DNA from: Pseudomonadota bacterium
GTDB lineage: Bacteria; UBA10199; 2-02-FULL-44-16; JAAZCA01
Reading direction: 5' to 3'
Assembly (NCBI GenBank): GCA_043822785.1
Contig: JBDRBN010000003.1
Coordinates: 1-34,530, forward strand
DNA length: 34,530 bases
Part shown: piece after piece, positions 25,929 through 34,530 of the stretch
Layout: every line of letters begins with the position of its first letter
How positions within the stretch are numbered: position 1 is the first letter of the stretch
The notes under the pieces: generated by a model
What the model was told of the DNA's origin: nothing
Seen by the model: only the letters and a program-made list of their open reading frames with translations
Database searches by the model: none
Program-made: the position numbers and the translations under genes

Positions 25929-27548
25929 TCACATCCTCTTCGGGATCCTTACTTTCTTGAGGCGGTTGTAGAGATACATATAGGCCTCCACTGGCTCACC
26001 TTCTTCTGCCCATGGATTGTAGAAGAGATCGCGGATAAGGGGTTTTTTCACGGCACCAGAAACAAGACCATAATAAAGCCTATCGCCAAGCATATACCCA
26101 AGAGCGTGAGTAAGCGACATAAACAGATCCATCCTGCTGTGAAAAATATCTGCATTAGCCAGGGCCATGCCGCGCTTCTCTAGCCTCTTGTATTCGGTAA
26201 CCAGGTGCGCGGTCTCGTATTCTAGCTTTCTCTCGCGAGTTACGCGCACGGTTTTAAAATAGGCCAAAAGGTTTGCAAAATCCTTTTCGTGATAACACTT
26301 GCGCTTGTGGTTGATGATCTTAGAGCCAAAAAAACCCAGCGCCTCGTGCAAGATGTTTGCATAAAACGCATCGATAGTCTCTCTCGGCTCCTCCTCGCCA
26401 GAACACAGGTTCTTAATGAAATGCGCAGCCTCCTCTGCTGCATGATTGAGCGACAGGTTTGCAAGGTAAACGAATTTGGTCTTTGCAATATAGTAGCTCT
26501 CGCTTGCCAAGATCTGGCGTTTTATGGTCTCGAACTCTTTTTTGGTAAACGAACCGCTCTGTTTAAGCTTCTTTAGAAAACTCAGATCCCCGCATGTGAA
26601 GACCTCTACGTTGTCGCGCTTTTTGCCAAGACGAATATTCAAAAACCCGCAGATGCGGTCGACTATCTCCATGAAGCTGGATTTTGCATCTGCATAATCT
26701 ATTTCGCCCTCTTCGTGCTCGAGCCAGTTTAGGTAGGAGCGCTGGCTCACCACTGGAGGAGTATGCATTCTGCAAAAGTTGCCGTCTGAGAGGCGCACCA
26801 CTTCTACGCTGTCATCGAGCCCGCATTCAGCTAGCTTCCAGAATATGGATTCGCTGTTCTGATATAGAATGAGCTCATTTAATTTAAGATCATACTTATT
26901 GAGTGCACACTTCATGTCCTTGGGCAAATGCTGGGGCGCAACGTGCAGATCGCCGATAAATACGAACATGCGCTTATTGGGATTTTCAGCTATAAAGCGG
27001 GTCACTACTTTTGCCGCTGCCTCATCGCGCTCGTGAACTTCAGAGCCCAATGGCGCTGCATCTATGGCCAGCATATGAATGTGAGGATACTTGCAGAAGT
27101 CAAAGAGCGGCTTAAAGTTGCTCCACAGATCAAACACCCAATGCTCCTGAAGGCAAATGCGCGCAAGAAACGTATTCTCACCTATCTTTCCTGAAAGATA
27201 CTGATCAAGGGTTTTCTGGTGCCGGCTGTGCAACAGCTCCATGCCGATGACGAAGTTTTTATCCCTCTTCACCACTGCCTTGAGGATTCTAAGAAAAGAG
27301 CGCTGGGATTGGTTGCAGGTATGATAGTCGCCTATATATATGATATCGGCCTTAAGTATGGCCTTTATCATCTCACTTTGGTCAGCTATGCGCTCATAAT
27401 CGCGCACTGCGTGCTTATAAGCCCGCTCGTAGCTTTTAAAGCCAGGCTCGCGCACCAAAATGGAGTGATCTATGAGGTCTTTGTTCCACCGCCACAGCTT
27501 CTTCTGTATGGCGAGGAGCTCAGCACGTGGAGAAGTGGAATTAGTCAC
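25929..27548 (-). CDS. ChaN (DUF399)-like domain protein with C-terminal extension
   Basis: IIYIGDYHT..Q, IGMEL, ERDE and FIGDLH resemble ChaN/EreA-superfamily motifs; C-terminal HAAEEAAH and HEALGFF. Confidence 0.65.
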   Translation of the reverse strand: MTNSTSPRAELLAIQKKLWRWNKDLIDHSILVREPGFKSYERAYKHAVRDYERIADQSEMIKAILKADIIYIGDYHTCNQSQRSFLRILKAVVKRDKNFVIGMELLHSRHQKTLDQYLSGKIGENTFLARICLQEHWVFDLWSNFKPLFDFCKYPHIHMLAIDAAPLGSEVHERDEAAAKVVTRFIAENPNKRMFVFIGDLHVAPQHLPKDMKCALNKYDLKLNELILYQNSESIFWKLAECGLDDSVEVVRLSDGNFCRMHTPPVVSQRSYLNWLEHEEGEIDYADAKSSFMEIVDRICGFLNIRLGKKRDNVEVFTCGDLSFLKKLKQSGSFTKKEFETIKRQILASESYYIAKTKFVYLANLSLNHAAEEAAHFIKNLCSGEEEPRETIDAFYANILHEALGFFGSKIINHKRKCYHEKDFANLLAYFKTVRVTRERKLEYETAHLVTEYKRLEKRGMALANADIFHSRMDLFMSLTHALGYMLGDRLYYGLVSGAVKKPLIRDLFYNPWAEEGEPVEAYMYLYNRLKKVRIPKRM

Positions 27549-27569
27549 AAAGCGTTTTTATCATAACGC

Positions 27570-29282
27570 TCAATTACGAGCAAAAGCAAAATAGCGATCA
27601 AGGTCGAGCTTGATCTCAAGACCACCAAGGTAGTTGTTGCGATCAACTCCTTGCTGAAAGTTAAGGTTACCCACCCGTTCGTAACCGAGCGTTAAGTGCA
27701 AGCCCAGATGCTTTTTCATCTGCCAGTCTATGTCAAAGAGCCCGCGAAGGCGCTGCTCGGTCGGGCCTGATGCAATCTTCACCACATCGCCAGCAGTGCC
27801 GTTTGGATTTACGAGTTCGGTGTAAGTATCCGACCTCCTATAATCCCAGCCAAAGGTGACGCCATACCATATTTTTGGCGAAATGGTTTTGCGAAACAGC
27901 GCATGTACTGCATCAGCATCAGGGCCTGCATCAGAACCGATGATTCTCCTATTGAGTGTCCAACCGTCGGAGTATAGACCGTGGCGATACTGAAGCGGAC
28001 TAGTTTTTACATATTCGATGCGAAGATCTGCAGAACCAGAGGGGTTTATAGCAGGCAAATAAATTCCCCACAAATATGAACACCCCTGCTTTAGGGTCTT
28101 TTTGATGGATTTCCATTTGTCTTCAATGGCTATGTTGCCATAGAGCATAACACCCCTTAGCTGGGGTATGCGCACCATGTAGTCTATCTCAAAGCTGTGG
28201 TTTGAGAGATTGGGCGAACTGGGGTCTGTGCCCGCAGGCCTAAATCCAAAGAACTCGCCGATCACATCTATGGCAGAAGGTGTAGGCATACCCTCACCGC
28301 CGATTTGTACTACATGGCCAAATCCCAGCTCCACATACTTTGCCGGCGCAAGGCTTAGCTTATAACCTGCAAGCCAGGCCCACTTTCTTGAATATCCAGG
28401 CCCAAAGTTGGCTGCATAGAGCGTGTAGCGCCATCTTCCTAAATATTTAAATACCCAAGGCAGACGCGCTGGCGTGGGATTGGTTAACCAAAAGCCGTCG
28501 AGCGGCCTTGCGTTAGTAGAATACAAAAGGCTACCCCGCTCGCCAAAGCCCCACAGCATGGAATCGCGCCCCACCTCCATGCTAAAGTTTCCTGCCTTGA
28601 ATGTTGCATAACCGTTTTGAAGATATGCATGTCCGGTCATGTCATCAGTGCGATACATATCCACTTCAAACCTGGACCGCGCATATCCTGAGATAAATCT
28701 GCCTGCTTGAAATCGACCAACCAACTCCTCGGCGTTGAGAAATCCATCTATCGGGTGTCTGCCAAGATCATAATCCTTAAGCGGATTGATCACTGCGTTG
28801 ATACTGCCTCTGCCGTTGTTTACCGGGATCGTCGTAGGAGGGCTGTTAAGATATGTTGCGTAGAAATTAATCTTCTCAAATGGATGAAGACGATACCTCA
28901 TTCTCTCGCCAGGGGCAGCGCCCATATCGATCAGCTCTTCTTGAAACTCGTCTTCCAGCCTTTCCAAAACGATCTTTGTCTCCCTGCTTCTCTTGCTTCT
29001 CTTTATGAACTCATCAAGCGATTCTGCGCGAGCTGCGTCTGCTTCATTCTTTTCAAAATTCCTTATGGCCTCGGCAGTCATCCTGGCAAACTCAGACCTG
29101 GGATAAGGGCGCTGGCCCACTATGGGCGGCTCCACCAAACCAAATGCCACGAGCTTATCAAGATCGCGATAGAGCGAATTGTCGCAAGGTACGTTTGATG
29201 TGCTTCTGGTCCACGCATGGGAAGAAACAGGCATGACCATACAAAAGATGAATATGAGCAGATATGTGAGATATGATCTCAT
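27570..29282 (-). CDS. Capsule assembly Wzi-family outer-membrane protein
   Basis: Signal peptide (MRSYL...SSHA), RPYPRSE, GRDSMLWGFG..GSLLYSTNARP and Y.HGLYSDGWT..RRIIG; ATGA overlap with the MMPL stop fixes the start at 29282. Confidence 0.78.
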   Translation of the reverse strand: MRSYLTYLLIFIFCMVMPVSSHAWTRSTSNVPCDNSLYRDLDKLVAFGLVEPPIVGQRPYPRSEFARMTAEAIRNFEKNEADAARAESLDEFIKRSKRSRETKIVLERLEDEFQEELIDMGAAPGERMRYRLHPFEKINFYATYLNSPPTTIPVNNGRGSINAVINPLKDYDLGRHPIDGFLNAEELVGRFQAGRFISGYARSRFEVDMYRTDDMTGHAYLQNGYATFKAGNFSMEVGRDSMLWGFGERGSLLYSTNARPLDGFWLTNPTPARLPWVFKYLGRWRYTLYAANFGPGYSRKWAWLAGYKLSLAPAKYVELGFGHVVQIGGEGMPTPSAIDVIGEFFGFRPAGTDPSSPNLSNHSFEIDYMVRIPQLRGVMLYGNIAIEDKWKSIKKTLKQGCSYLWGIYLPAINPSGSADLRIEYVKTSPLQYRHGLYSDGWTLNRRIIGSDAGPDADAVHALFRKTISPKIWYGVTFGWDYRRSDTYTELVNPNGTAGDVVKIASGPTEQRLRGLFDIDWQMKKHLGLHLTLGYERVGNLNFQQGVDRNNYLGGLEIKLDLDRYFAFARN

Positions 29283-31789
29283 GATTCCTCGCAGAGTTCG
29301 TTTGCATCTCTTTTTCGGCGCCCTGCCCTCTGCTCCTTTATACGCATCGCAAGTATGATGACCGCCGGCACCAGAAGCATAGCTGAGAAGATGCAAGCAA
29401 ATTCTCCTATCACAGCCATAAATCCGAACTGTGCAACAGCCTGATTCGTTGATTTTGTAAGAACAGAATAGCCTATGATGGTGGTAGAAGCGCAAAGCGC
29501 TACAGCACCGCCTGTGTGGCGTATGATATCGTAAGTCCTGCTTCTCTTCTTCTCATGAAATCGCGCAGCAATGTTTATGGCGTAATCCACGCCAACCCCA
29601 AAGGTAAGAGGCAATGCAATAAAATTGAAGAAGTTGATTCGAATGCCAAACAGCGACATCGCAGCAACCATCACAAAAACGACCCAGATCAGAGAGGCTA
29701 TGATCACATAGCCCTGGCTCATTTTTCTTGCTATGAAAAGAACGAATATCGAAACAGCAAAAAAGGACGCCAACATCAGAATGGGAGCTTCTTTCTTAAC
29801 TATCTTAACCAAATCTGAAAATATAAGTGACTCCCCTGTAGCATGAACTACCCGTCCGTCTGGCAGGTCGATGTCTCTAATCGTATCGGCAAACCTTATG
29901 AGATTGCGGCCATCGCTAAGGGGCATGCCGGATCTTGGATTGATAAATGCAAACGTACCAATGTTCCCATGAAGATCCTCAAAATTGCGCACAAGATCCT
30001 TTGGCAAATCATCAATGCCCAAAAATGTTTTCTTGAGCGACTTCTTCATCGCCTGCAGCTGGCGACCAAGCTGACCACCTACCTGGCCAATCCATTGCTC
30101 GCTCAAAAGTTTATCATATTGTTTCAGCACCACAGCTTTTTCGTCTTGATCCTTTGGCAAAAGATCATAGACGTTCACGCAGTTATCCACCATCCTCTCT
30201 GCTGGAGGGCGCATTGCATTCTGGCGCATCACTGCATTGCACACTACCGGGCCATCCTCTGGCTTATCCAGCAAAACCACTGCCGGTGTCATAGAGCCAA
30301 CCCAAAGCTTTGATACCCGCCTCTCCAACGCTTCAGTCCCGCTTATCGCAGATGTACTGTTTCTGAGCTTTGAAAAATCGTACTCTATGGAGTTGGGGAT
30401 ATAACGATGAACAATAATAATAGCCCCTATCGCAACGATCGTAAAGAAGGCCACTATGACTACAGGAGAGTGAGAAAGGATACGATCCACCTCTGGAAAG
30501 AGTGCGCTCTTGCGTTTAGGTGGAGAGAGTTTTCTAAAAAGGCCAACGACGCGCTCTGATATCACCACCATAAGGGGAAGGAATAACATGGTTGATAGCC
30601 AACAGAGCATAACGCCGACTGAGCCGATAAAACCAAACTGCGAAAGTCCGCGAACTTGGGCAATCATCAGGATGGAGAAAGACACAGCAGTTGTGGCGGC
30701 AGCTAAGAATGTGGGCACTGCAGTAGCAGCCAGCGCATGCTCCATCGCAGGCCTGGGTCCTGTGCCGGACTTTCTCTCTTCCAAGTATCTGCCCATGAGG
30801 ATGATGCCATAGTTGATACCGGTGCCGATTATGATCGAAGCCAAAAAAGCGGTCTGCGCGTTAAGATAACCGATCGTGATGCGCGTGACTGCAAACGTAA
30901 ATGTAATGCCTATGAGCAGGGTTGCACCGAGAAATGCAACTATGCGCAAGCGCAAAAAGTAAAGAGCTATGGCGCCGCATACAAGAAAGATACAAAGCCC
31001 AGCAGTTGAAAACATATCTTTCTTAAGCGTGTCGTATTCCTCAACTGTCGAGACTAAGTTTCCGCAATAGCCCACCTTCATGTCAGGCGAGTAAGATGTA
31101 GGATTAAGCCTGGCCACAATGCCCTTAACTTTTTTGATGAGCGCTCTGGCCTTATCAACAGCGATGGATGTGCCATGAGGCCGAACCATGAGCATGAGAA
31201 AATGCCCGTCCTCGCCACCATAGTAATCCTCATATACAGCGAGCGGCATCTTGACGTTCTTTCTGTTGCGCTCCTCTATATCTTGATACCTCAAACTCAG
31301 TGGCGGCTCTTCCATCTCCAGATCAAGAAAAAAAGGTGTGCGCTTGAACTTCTCATAATCGACAAGCTTCTTTATTCTCGAGTAAAGCGTCTTCAGATCA
31401 TCGTAGTTCACATAATGAAGCATGTTATCTTCATAGAACTTTTTAATCTCTGCGACCTTGGCGATCACATAACGCACATCATCCGTGGGCAGCTCTGCTA
31501 ACTTCTCATTCAGATCATCTATGAACTTCATGTTGGCAGCCACATCAGAGCTTTCCACAGCGACGGTCAAAACCGATATGCCCCCTACCCTATCCAGCAT
31601 ACGATCGAGATAGACGACGCTTGGAGAATTTTCTGGAAGAAGCTCTTTTAATGAGCTGCGAAGCTTAAGGCCAGATGCGAGATAAAGCGAAACCACGAAC
31701 AGAACTGCGATGACGATCGCGCATGCCAAGCGATGCTTGTTGGCAAAGCCCAGATAACGGCAAAAGATATTTTCAAGAAATGAGCTCAT
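29279..31789 (-). CDS. MMPL/RND family transporter
   Basis: Two repeats of (TM, periplasmic domain, five TM); IIGTGINYGI and TFGVGVDYAI motifs. Confidence 0.9.
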   Translation of the reverse strand: MSSFLENIFCRYLGFANKHRLACAIVIAVLFVVSLYLASGLKLRSSLKELLPENSPSVVYLDRMLDRVGGISVLTVAVESSDVAANMKFIDDLNEKLAELPTDDVRYVIAKVAEIKKFYEDNMLHYVNYDDLKTLYSRIKKLVDYEKFKRTPFFLDLEMEEPPLSLRYQDIEERNRKNVKMPLAVYEDYYGGEDGHFLMLMVRPHGTSIAVDKARALIKKVKGIVARLNPTSYSPDMKVGYCGNLVSTVEEYDTLKKDMFSTAGLCIFLVCGAIALYFLRLRIVAFLGATLLIGITFTFAVTRITIGYLNAQTAFLASIIIGTGINYGIILMGRYLEERKSGTGPRPAMEHALAATAVPTFLAAATTAVSFSILMIAQVRGLSQFGFIGSVGVMLCWLSTMLFLPLMVVISERVVGLFRKLSPPKRKSALFPEVDRILSHSPVVIVAFFTIVAIGAIIIVHRYIPNSIEYDFSKLRNSTSAISGTEALERRVSKLWVGSMTPAVVLLDKPEDGPVVCNAVMRQNAMRPPAERMVDNCVNVYDLLPKDQDEKAVVLKQYDKLLSEQWIGQVGGQLGRQLQAMKKSLKKTFLGIDDLPKDLVRNFEDLHGNIGTFAFINPRSGMPLSDGRNLIRFADTIRDIDLPDGRVVHATGESLIFSDLVKIVKKEAPILMLASFFAVSIFVLFIARKMSQGYVIIASLIWVVFVMVAAMSLFGIRINFFNFIALPLTFGVGVDYAINIAARFHEKKRSRTYDIIRHTGGAVALCASTTIIGYSVLTKSTNQAVAQFGFMAVIGEFACIFSAMLLVPAVIILAMRIKEQRAGRRKRDANELCEES

Positions 31790-32538
31790 CTTGTAACCTG
31801 AAATCTAAAAAGTCGTCGGGTTGCCCCTTTGATCATGAACAGTGCGACGAGCAGAAGATTCACCAGAACCTCAGCCTTATATACGATAAATCCATCTATA
31901 TTTTCCTGGGTGGATTTCTGGAATATGTATAGGGGATTGCCCAAAAATCTGCTTACGCAATCAGGGCGCTGAAAGAACTCGACCAGAGAAATGTTAAAAG
32001 GGCTTAAAGGCCAAAGCGGATAGATGCCGTAATCATATGTAATGGTATCTGCAAAAATGTGAAGAAAATAACCGAGCGCTAGAAAAAAATAGGCCTTTTT
32101 TACGCTTGGGCCCTTCATCAGAAAACGCACTATCGGGAGGGCGATGAGCGGTATGACGAGTGCGGCTATGGGTGTATGAAGGATGTTGTGCGGACGCCAC
32201 ATCCCTATTGGAACCTCACCAAGAATCTTGAGCGCTATCACATCGAACATGTGCGTATAAGCTGCCAATATCTGGCCGCCGATCATGATGCATACAAACG
32301 ATTGTCTGCGCTCATCCTTTCTTCCCCAATAGAGAAGAAAAAAGACAAGAGCTGCATTGCCGAACTGATCATGAAGGTACATGGCCCACGTGCCTGGCGC
32401 AAACAGATGAGAACAGATCCAAAACACGATCAGGAAGAATGCATAATATGCAAAGCAGAGATAGGTCTCCTTTTCGGTCGTAAGATCGATGTTTCCTGCT
32501 ACTGCTGCCTGGCACATGAAATGACCGATTGGAGTCAC
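31786..32538 (-). CDS. Membrane metal-dependent hydrolase (YdjM/DUF457-like)
   Basis: MTPIGH, HNILHT, HIFAD and PLWPLS motifs in a multi-TM protein. Confidence 0.65.
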   Translation of the reverse strand: MTPIGHFMCQAAVAGNIDLTTEKETYLCFAYYAFFLIVFWICSHLFAPGTWAMYLHDQFGNAALVFFLLYWGRKDERRQSFVCIMIGGQILAAYTHMFDVIALKILGEVPIGMWRPHNILHTPIAALVIPLIALPIVRFLMKGPSVKKAYFFLALGYFLHIFADTITYDYGIYPLWPLSPFNISLVEFFQRPDCVSRFLGNPLYIFQKSTQENIDGFIVYKAEVLVNLLLVALFMIKGATRRLFRFQVTR

Positions 32539-32547
32539 GATTGGATC

Positions 32548-33594
32548 CTAAAATGGAAGCCCGTACCGCGCACGCAGCCTCCCCCAGACGCGCATCAAAC
32601 TAGCTGCGCCCAAGTATGCGACAAAAGCCACAGCCCAGCCTGCGAAGATATCGATGGCCCAATGATGTCTTAAATAGATGGTGGAAAACCACAGGCTAGC
32701 GACCAGCGGCACATAAGCATACCAAATGAGCCGGCAAGTACGATTGAGTTTTCGATATTTAAACGCGTAGATCAGCGCCACCGCAGAAATGCCCACGTGC
32801 AGGCTTGGAAATGCACCGCCGCTTATCACAGAAAGCCCATCCCATGCGTCCTGAAGATGACCGAACAGAAACACGCCATGCAGTCGCACAGGATCAGTGA
32901 ACAGATGCTCTATGAAATATCTTGGCGGAGATGCGGGCAAAAATACATAACCGAGAAAACCAAGGATGAACGTTAACGTGAGGCATAGCGCCATATGGCG
33001 GAATTCTTTGCGCTTCTCCCACGTTGAGAGCAAAAACATTATGAACAGCGGCTCGGCAAAATAGAGTGCATAGGAAATGGAAAGAAGATCAGTAGCCAAG
33101 GGCGAGTGAATTTTCTGGGCCCAGATCGTTGGCTCTAAACCAAATAGCATTATATCCCATTTGTGAAGCAGGCCTGCGATGTCAAAATCCATAGCCTGAC
33201 CTGCCACGTCATGCATGTTCTCATAGATAAAAACGATGATGAGAAATGGCACCCAATCGCGCAATATGCGGGCAACCTCGCTGCGCCATTCGCCTGGTTT
33301 TTGGTGCGCCTTCACCACTATTGCAGCGGTCATGATGCTAAGGGGCAGTGCCACAGTTGCCTGCAAAAAACGGATGTGTCCGCCCATGGCCACGACCGTG
33401 GCAACGAGCAGAAGGGTCATGATCATGAGGATGATGAGGTCAAAGCCCAGCGTAGCCACGCGAAACAAGAAAAGCTCTTTGACCCATTTAAGTGCTGCAG
33501 AAAACGAAAAACCACACTCTTTTAGGTCTAAAATCGCTTTTTCTATATTGGGAGCCAAAGCAGGTGTATGAATCGATTCCCTCTTCGTTGCCAT
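32548..33594 (-). CDS. PAP2-superfamily protein, inositol phosphorylceramide synthase (Aur1/Ipt1)-like
   Basis: PASPPRY, GAFPSLHVG and STIYLRHHWAID motifs; multi-TM. Confidence 0.82.
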   Translation of the reverse strand: MATKRESIHTPALAPNIEKAILDLKECGFSFSAALKWVKELFLFRVATLGFDLIILMIMTLLLVATVVAMGGHIRFLQATVALPLSIMTAAIVVKAHQKPGEWRSEVARILRDWVPFLIIVFIYENMHDVAGQAMDFDIAGLLHKWDIMLFGLEPTIWAQKIHSPLATDLLSISYALYFAEPLFIMFLLSTWEKRKEFRHMALCLTLTFILGFLGYVFLPASPPRYFIEHLFTDPVRLHGVFLFGHLQDAWDGLSVISGGAFPSLHVGISAVALIYAFKYRKLNRTCRLIWYAYVPLVASLWFSTIYLRHHWAIDIFAGWAVAFVAYLGAASLMRVWGRLRARYGLPF

Positions 33595-33639
33595 AGTCGT
33601 GGATATGTATATCGATGAGATCCTTAAGACAATAAAAAA

Positions 33640-33710
33640 CGCGAGAAAGGCGAGAAAGGTATATTTTAAACACGTTTCTCGCTTGTCTCGCCTGTCTCGC
33701 TTGTCTCGCT
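33640..33710. repeat. Inverted array of 9-bp repeats (2 facing 4)
   Basis: cgcgagaaa ggcgagaaa ... tttctcgct tgtctcgcc tgtctcgct tgtctcgct. Confidence 0.85.
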
Positions 33711-33723
33711 GCCCTTGCGTTTG

Positions 33724-33752
33724 TTGACAAAGCCCATGATTTCACCGATAAC
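33724..33752 (+). promoter_or_regulatory. Possible sigma70 promoter
   Basis: TTGACA-N17-GATAAC just upstream of the GT4 start. Confidence 0.45.
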
Positions 33753-33766
33753 CCCCTGAATTATCA

Positions 33767-34530
33767 ATGAAGATAGGAATCGTCACAGAATACTTTTACC
33801 CCACGCTTGGAGGAATTACGGAGAACGTGTACCACTTCTCCAAGGAGCTTGTGCGGCAAGGCCATGATTTTCGCATAATCACTGGAAACGCAGGCAAAGT
33901 AGGGTGTGAGCCAGAAATAACCGATAGGATCATTACCATAGGCAGATCCGTGCCTGTGTTTTTCAATGGATCCTGCGGCAGGGTAACAATGGGTTTTGGG
34001 CTGACCCGGCGGATGAAAGAGGCGCTTGCTGCCGAGCAGTTTGATCTGTTGCATCTGCATTCGCCACTCTTTCCTACTCTTCCACTTCTTGCAAACATAC
34101 ACGCCACAGTGCCAGTAGTTGCTACGTTTCATACGTGCATGAGCGATGACCTGTATTACAGGGTGTATAAGCACGGTTGTAAGACGCAACTTAATCGCAT
34201 GGCAGGCCGAATCGCTGTGTCAGAGTGTTGTGCAACTGAAAACCAGTCTCAATTTGATGTTGAATTCGACGTCATTCCAAACGGCGTGGACGTGGACTGG
34301 TGGGTGGAAGATGCAAAGAAGATAGACAAGTTTGACGACGGAAAGTTCAACATCCTTTTTCTGGGCAGACCTGATACCAGAAATGGCTTGGATACTTTGA
34401 TTGCCGCGTTTGTTAAGACACACAAGCATTATCCCAACACCAGGCTTATCATAGTAGGCGATGGCCCTCTTCGCTTCTACTTCGAAACTCTTGTTCCTCG
34501 CGAAATCAACGATGCAGTGGTTTTTGAGGG
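33767..34530 (+). CDS. GT4 glycosyltransferase, PimA-like (partial, runs off the window; absent from the ORF track)
   Basis: Manual translation: MKIGIVTEYFYPTLGGITENV...SVPVFFNGS...LHLHSP...VATFHT...IPNGVD...ILFLGRPDTRNGL...IVGDGPL. Confidence 0.88.
   Translation, partial: MKIGIVTEYFYPTLGGITENVYHFSKELVRQGHDFRIITGNAGKVGCEPEITDRIITIGRSVPVFFNGSCGRVTMGFGLTRRMKEALAAEQFDLLHLHSPLFPTLPLLANIHATVPVVATFHTCMSDDLYYRVYKHGCKTQLNRMAGRIAVSECCATENQSQFDVEFDVIPNGVDVDWWVEDAKKIDKFDDGKFNILFLGRPDTRNGLDTLIAAFVKTHKHYPNTRLIIVGDGPLRFYFETLVPREINDAVVFE

Noticed and set aside
33764..34429. Minus-strand ORFs of 141, 103 and 69 aa
   Set aside because: They are shadows of the plus-strand GT4 gene starting at 33767

Overview
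Bacterial genomic window, probably from an uncultured deltaproteobacterial (Myxococcota-like) lineage; the taxonomy is inference only. There are three blocks. (1) 1-15 kb is a molybdenum/tungsten cofactor region: MOSC, mog, moeA, mobA, a MobB-like/CQLGCF fusion, and wtpABC split by a nuoEF-fusion/fdhD/formate-transporter cassette. It also holds an EndoQ-type PHP nuclease, an HD hydrolase and orphans, and is dense in TGTCATTGCGAG...CTCGCAATGACA palindromic repeats. One repeat is wrapped in 19-bp terminal inverted repeats and inserted in-frame into the wtpA signal peptide. (2) 15-25.6 kb is a cluster of orphan genes: two tandem paralogous membrane proteins, a 648-aa and a 1622-aa protein, and a helical protein paralogous to the orphan at 4.4-5.5 kb. 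Three of them are preceded by a conserved CGCAACT-N13-GYCGATAA (sigma28-like) motif, and the largest by a consensus sigma54 promoter. (3) 25.9-34.5 kb is a putative envelope-lipid locus: an Aur1/IPC-synthase-like PAP2, a YdjM-like hydrolase, an MMPL transporter, a Wzi-like outer-membrane protein and a ChaN-like protein, divergent from a PimA-like GT4 that runs off the window. A 20-unit 7-bp microsatellite and a family of 9-bp repeat hairpins are also present. No rRNA, tRNA, CRISPR array or transposase was found.
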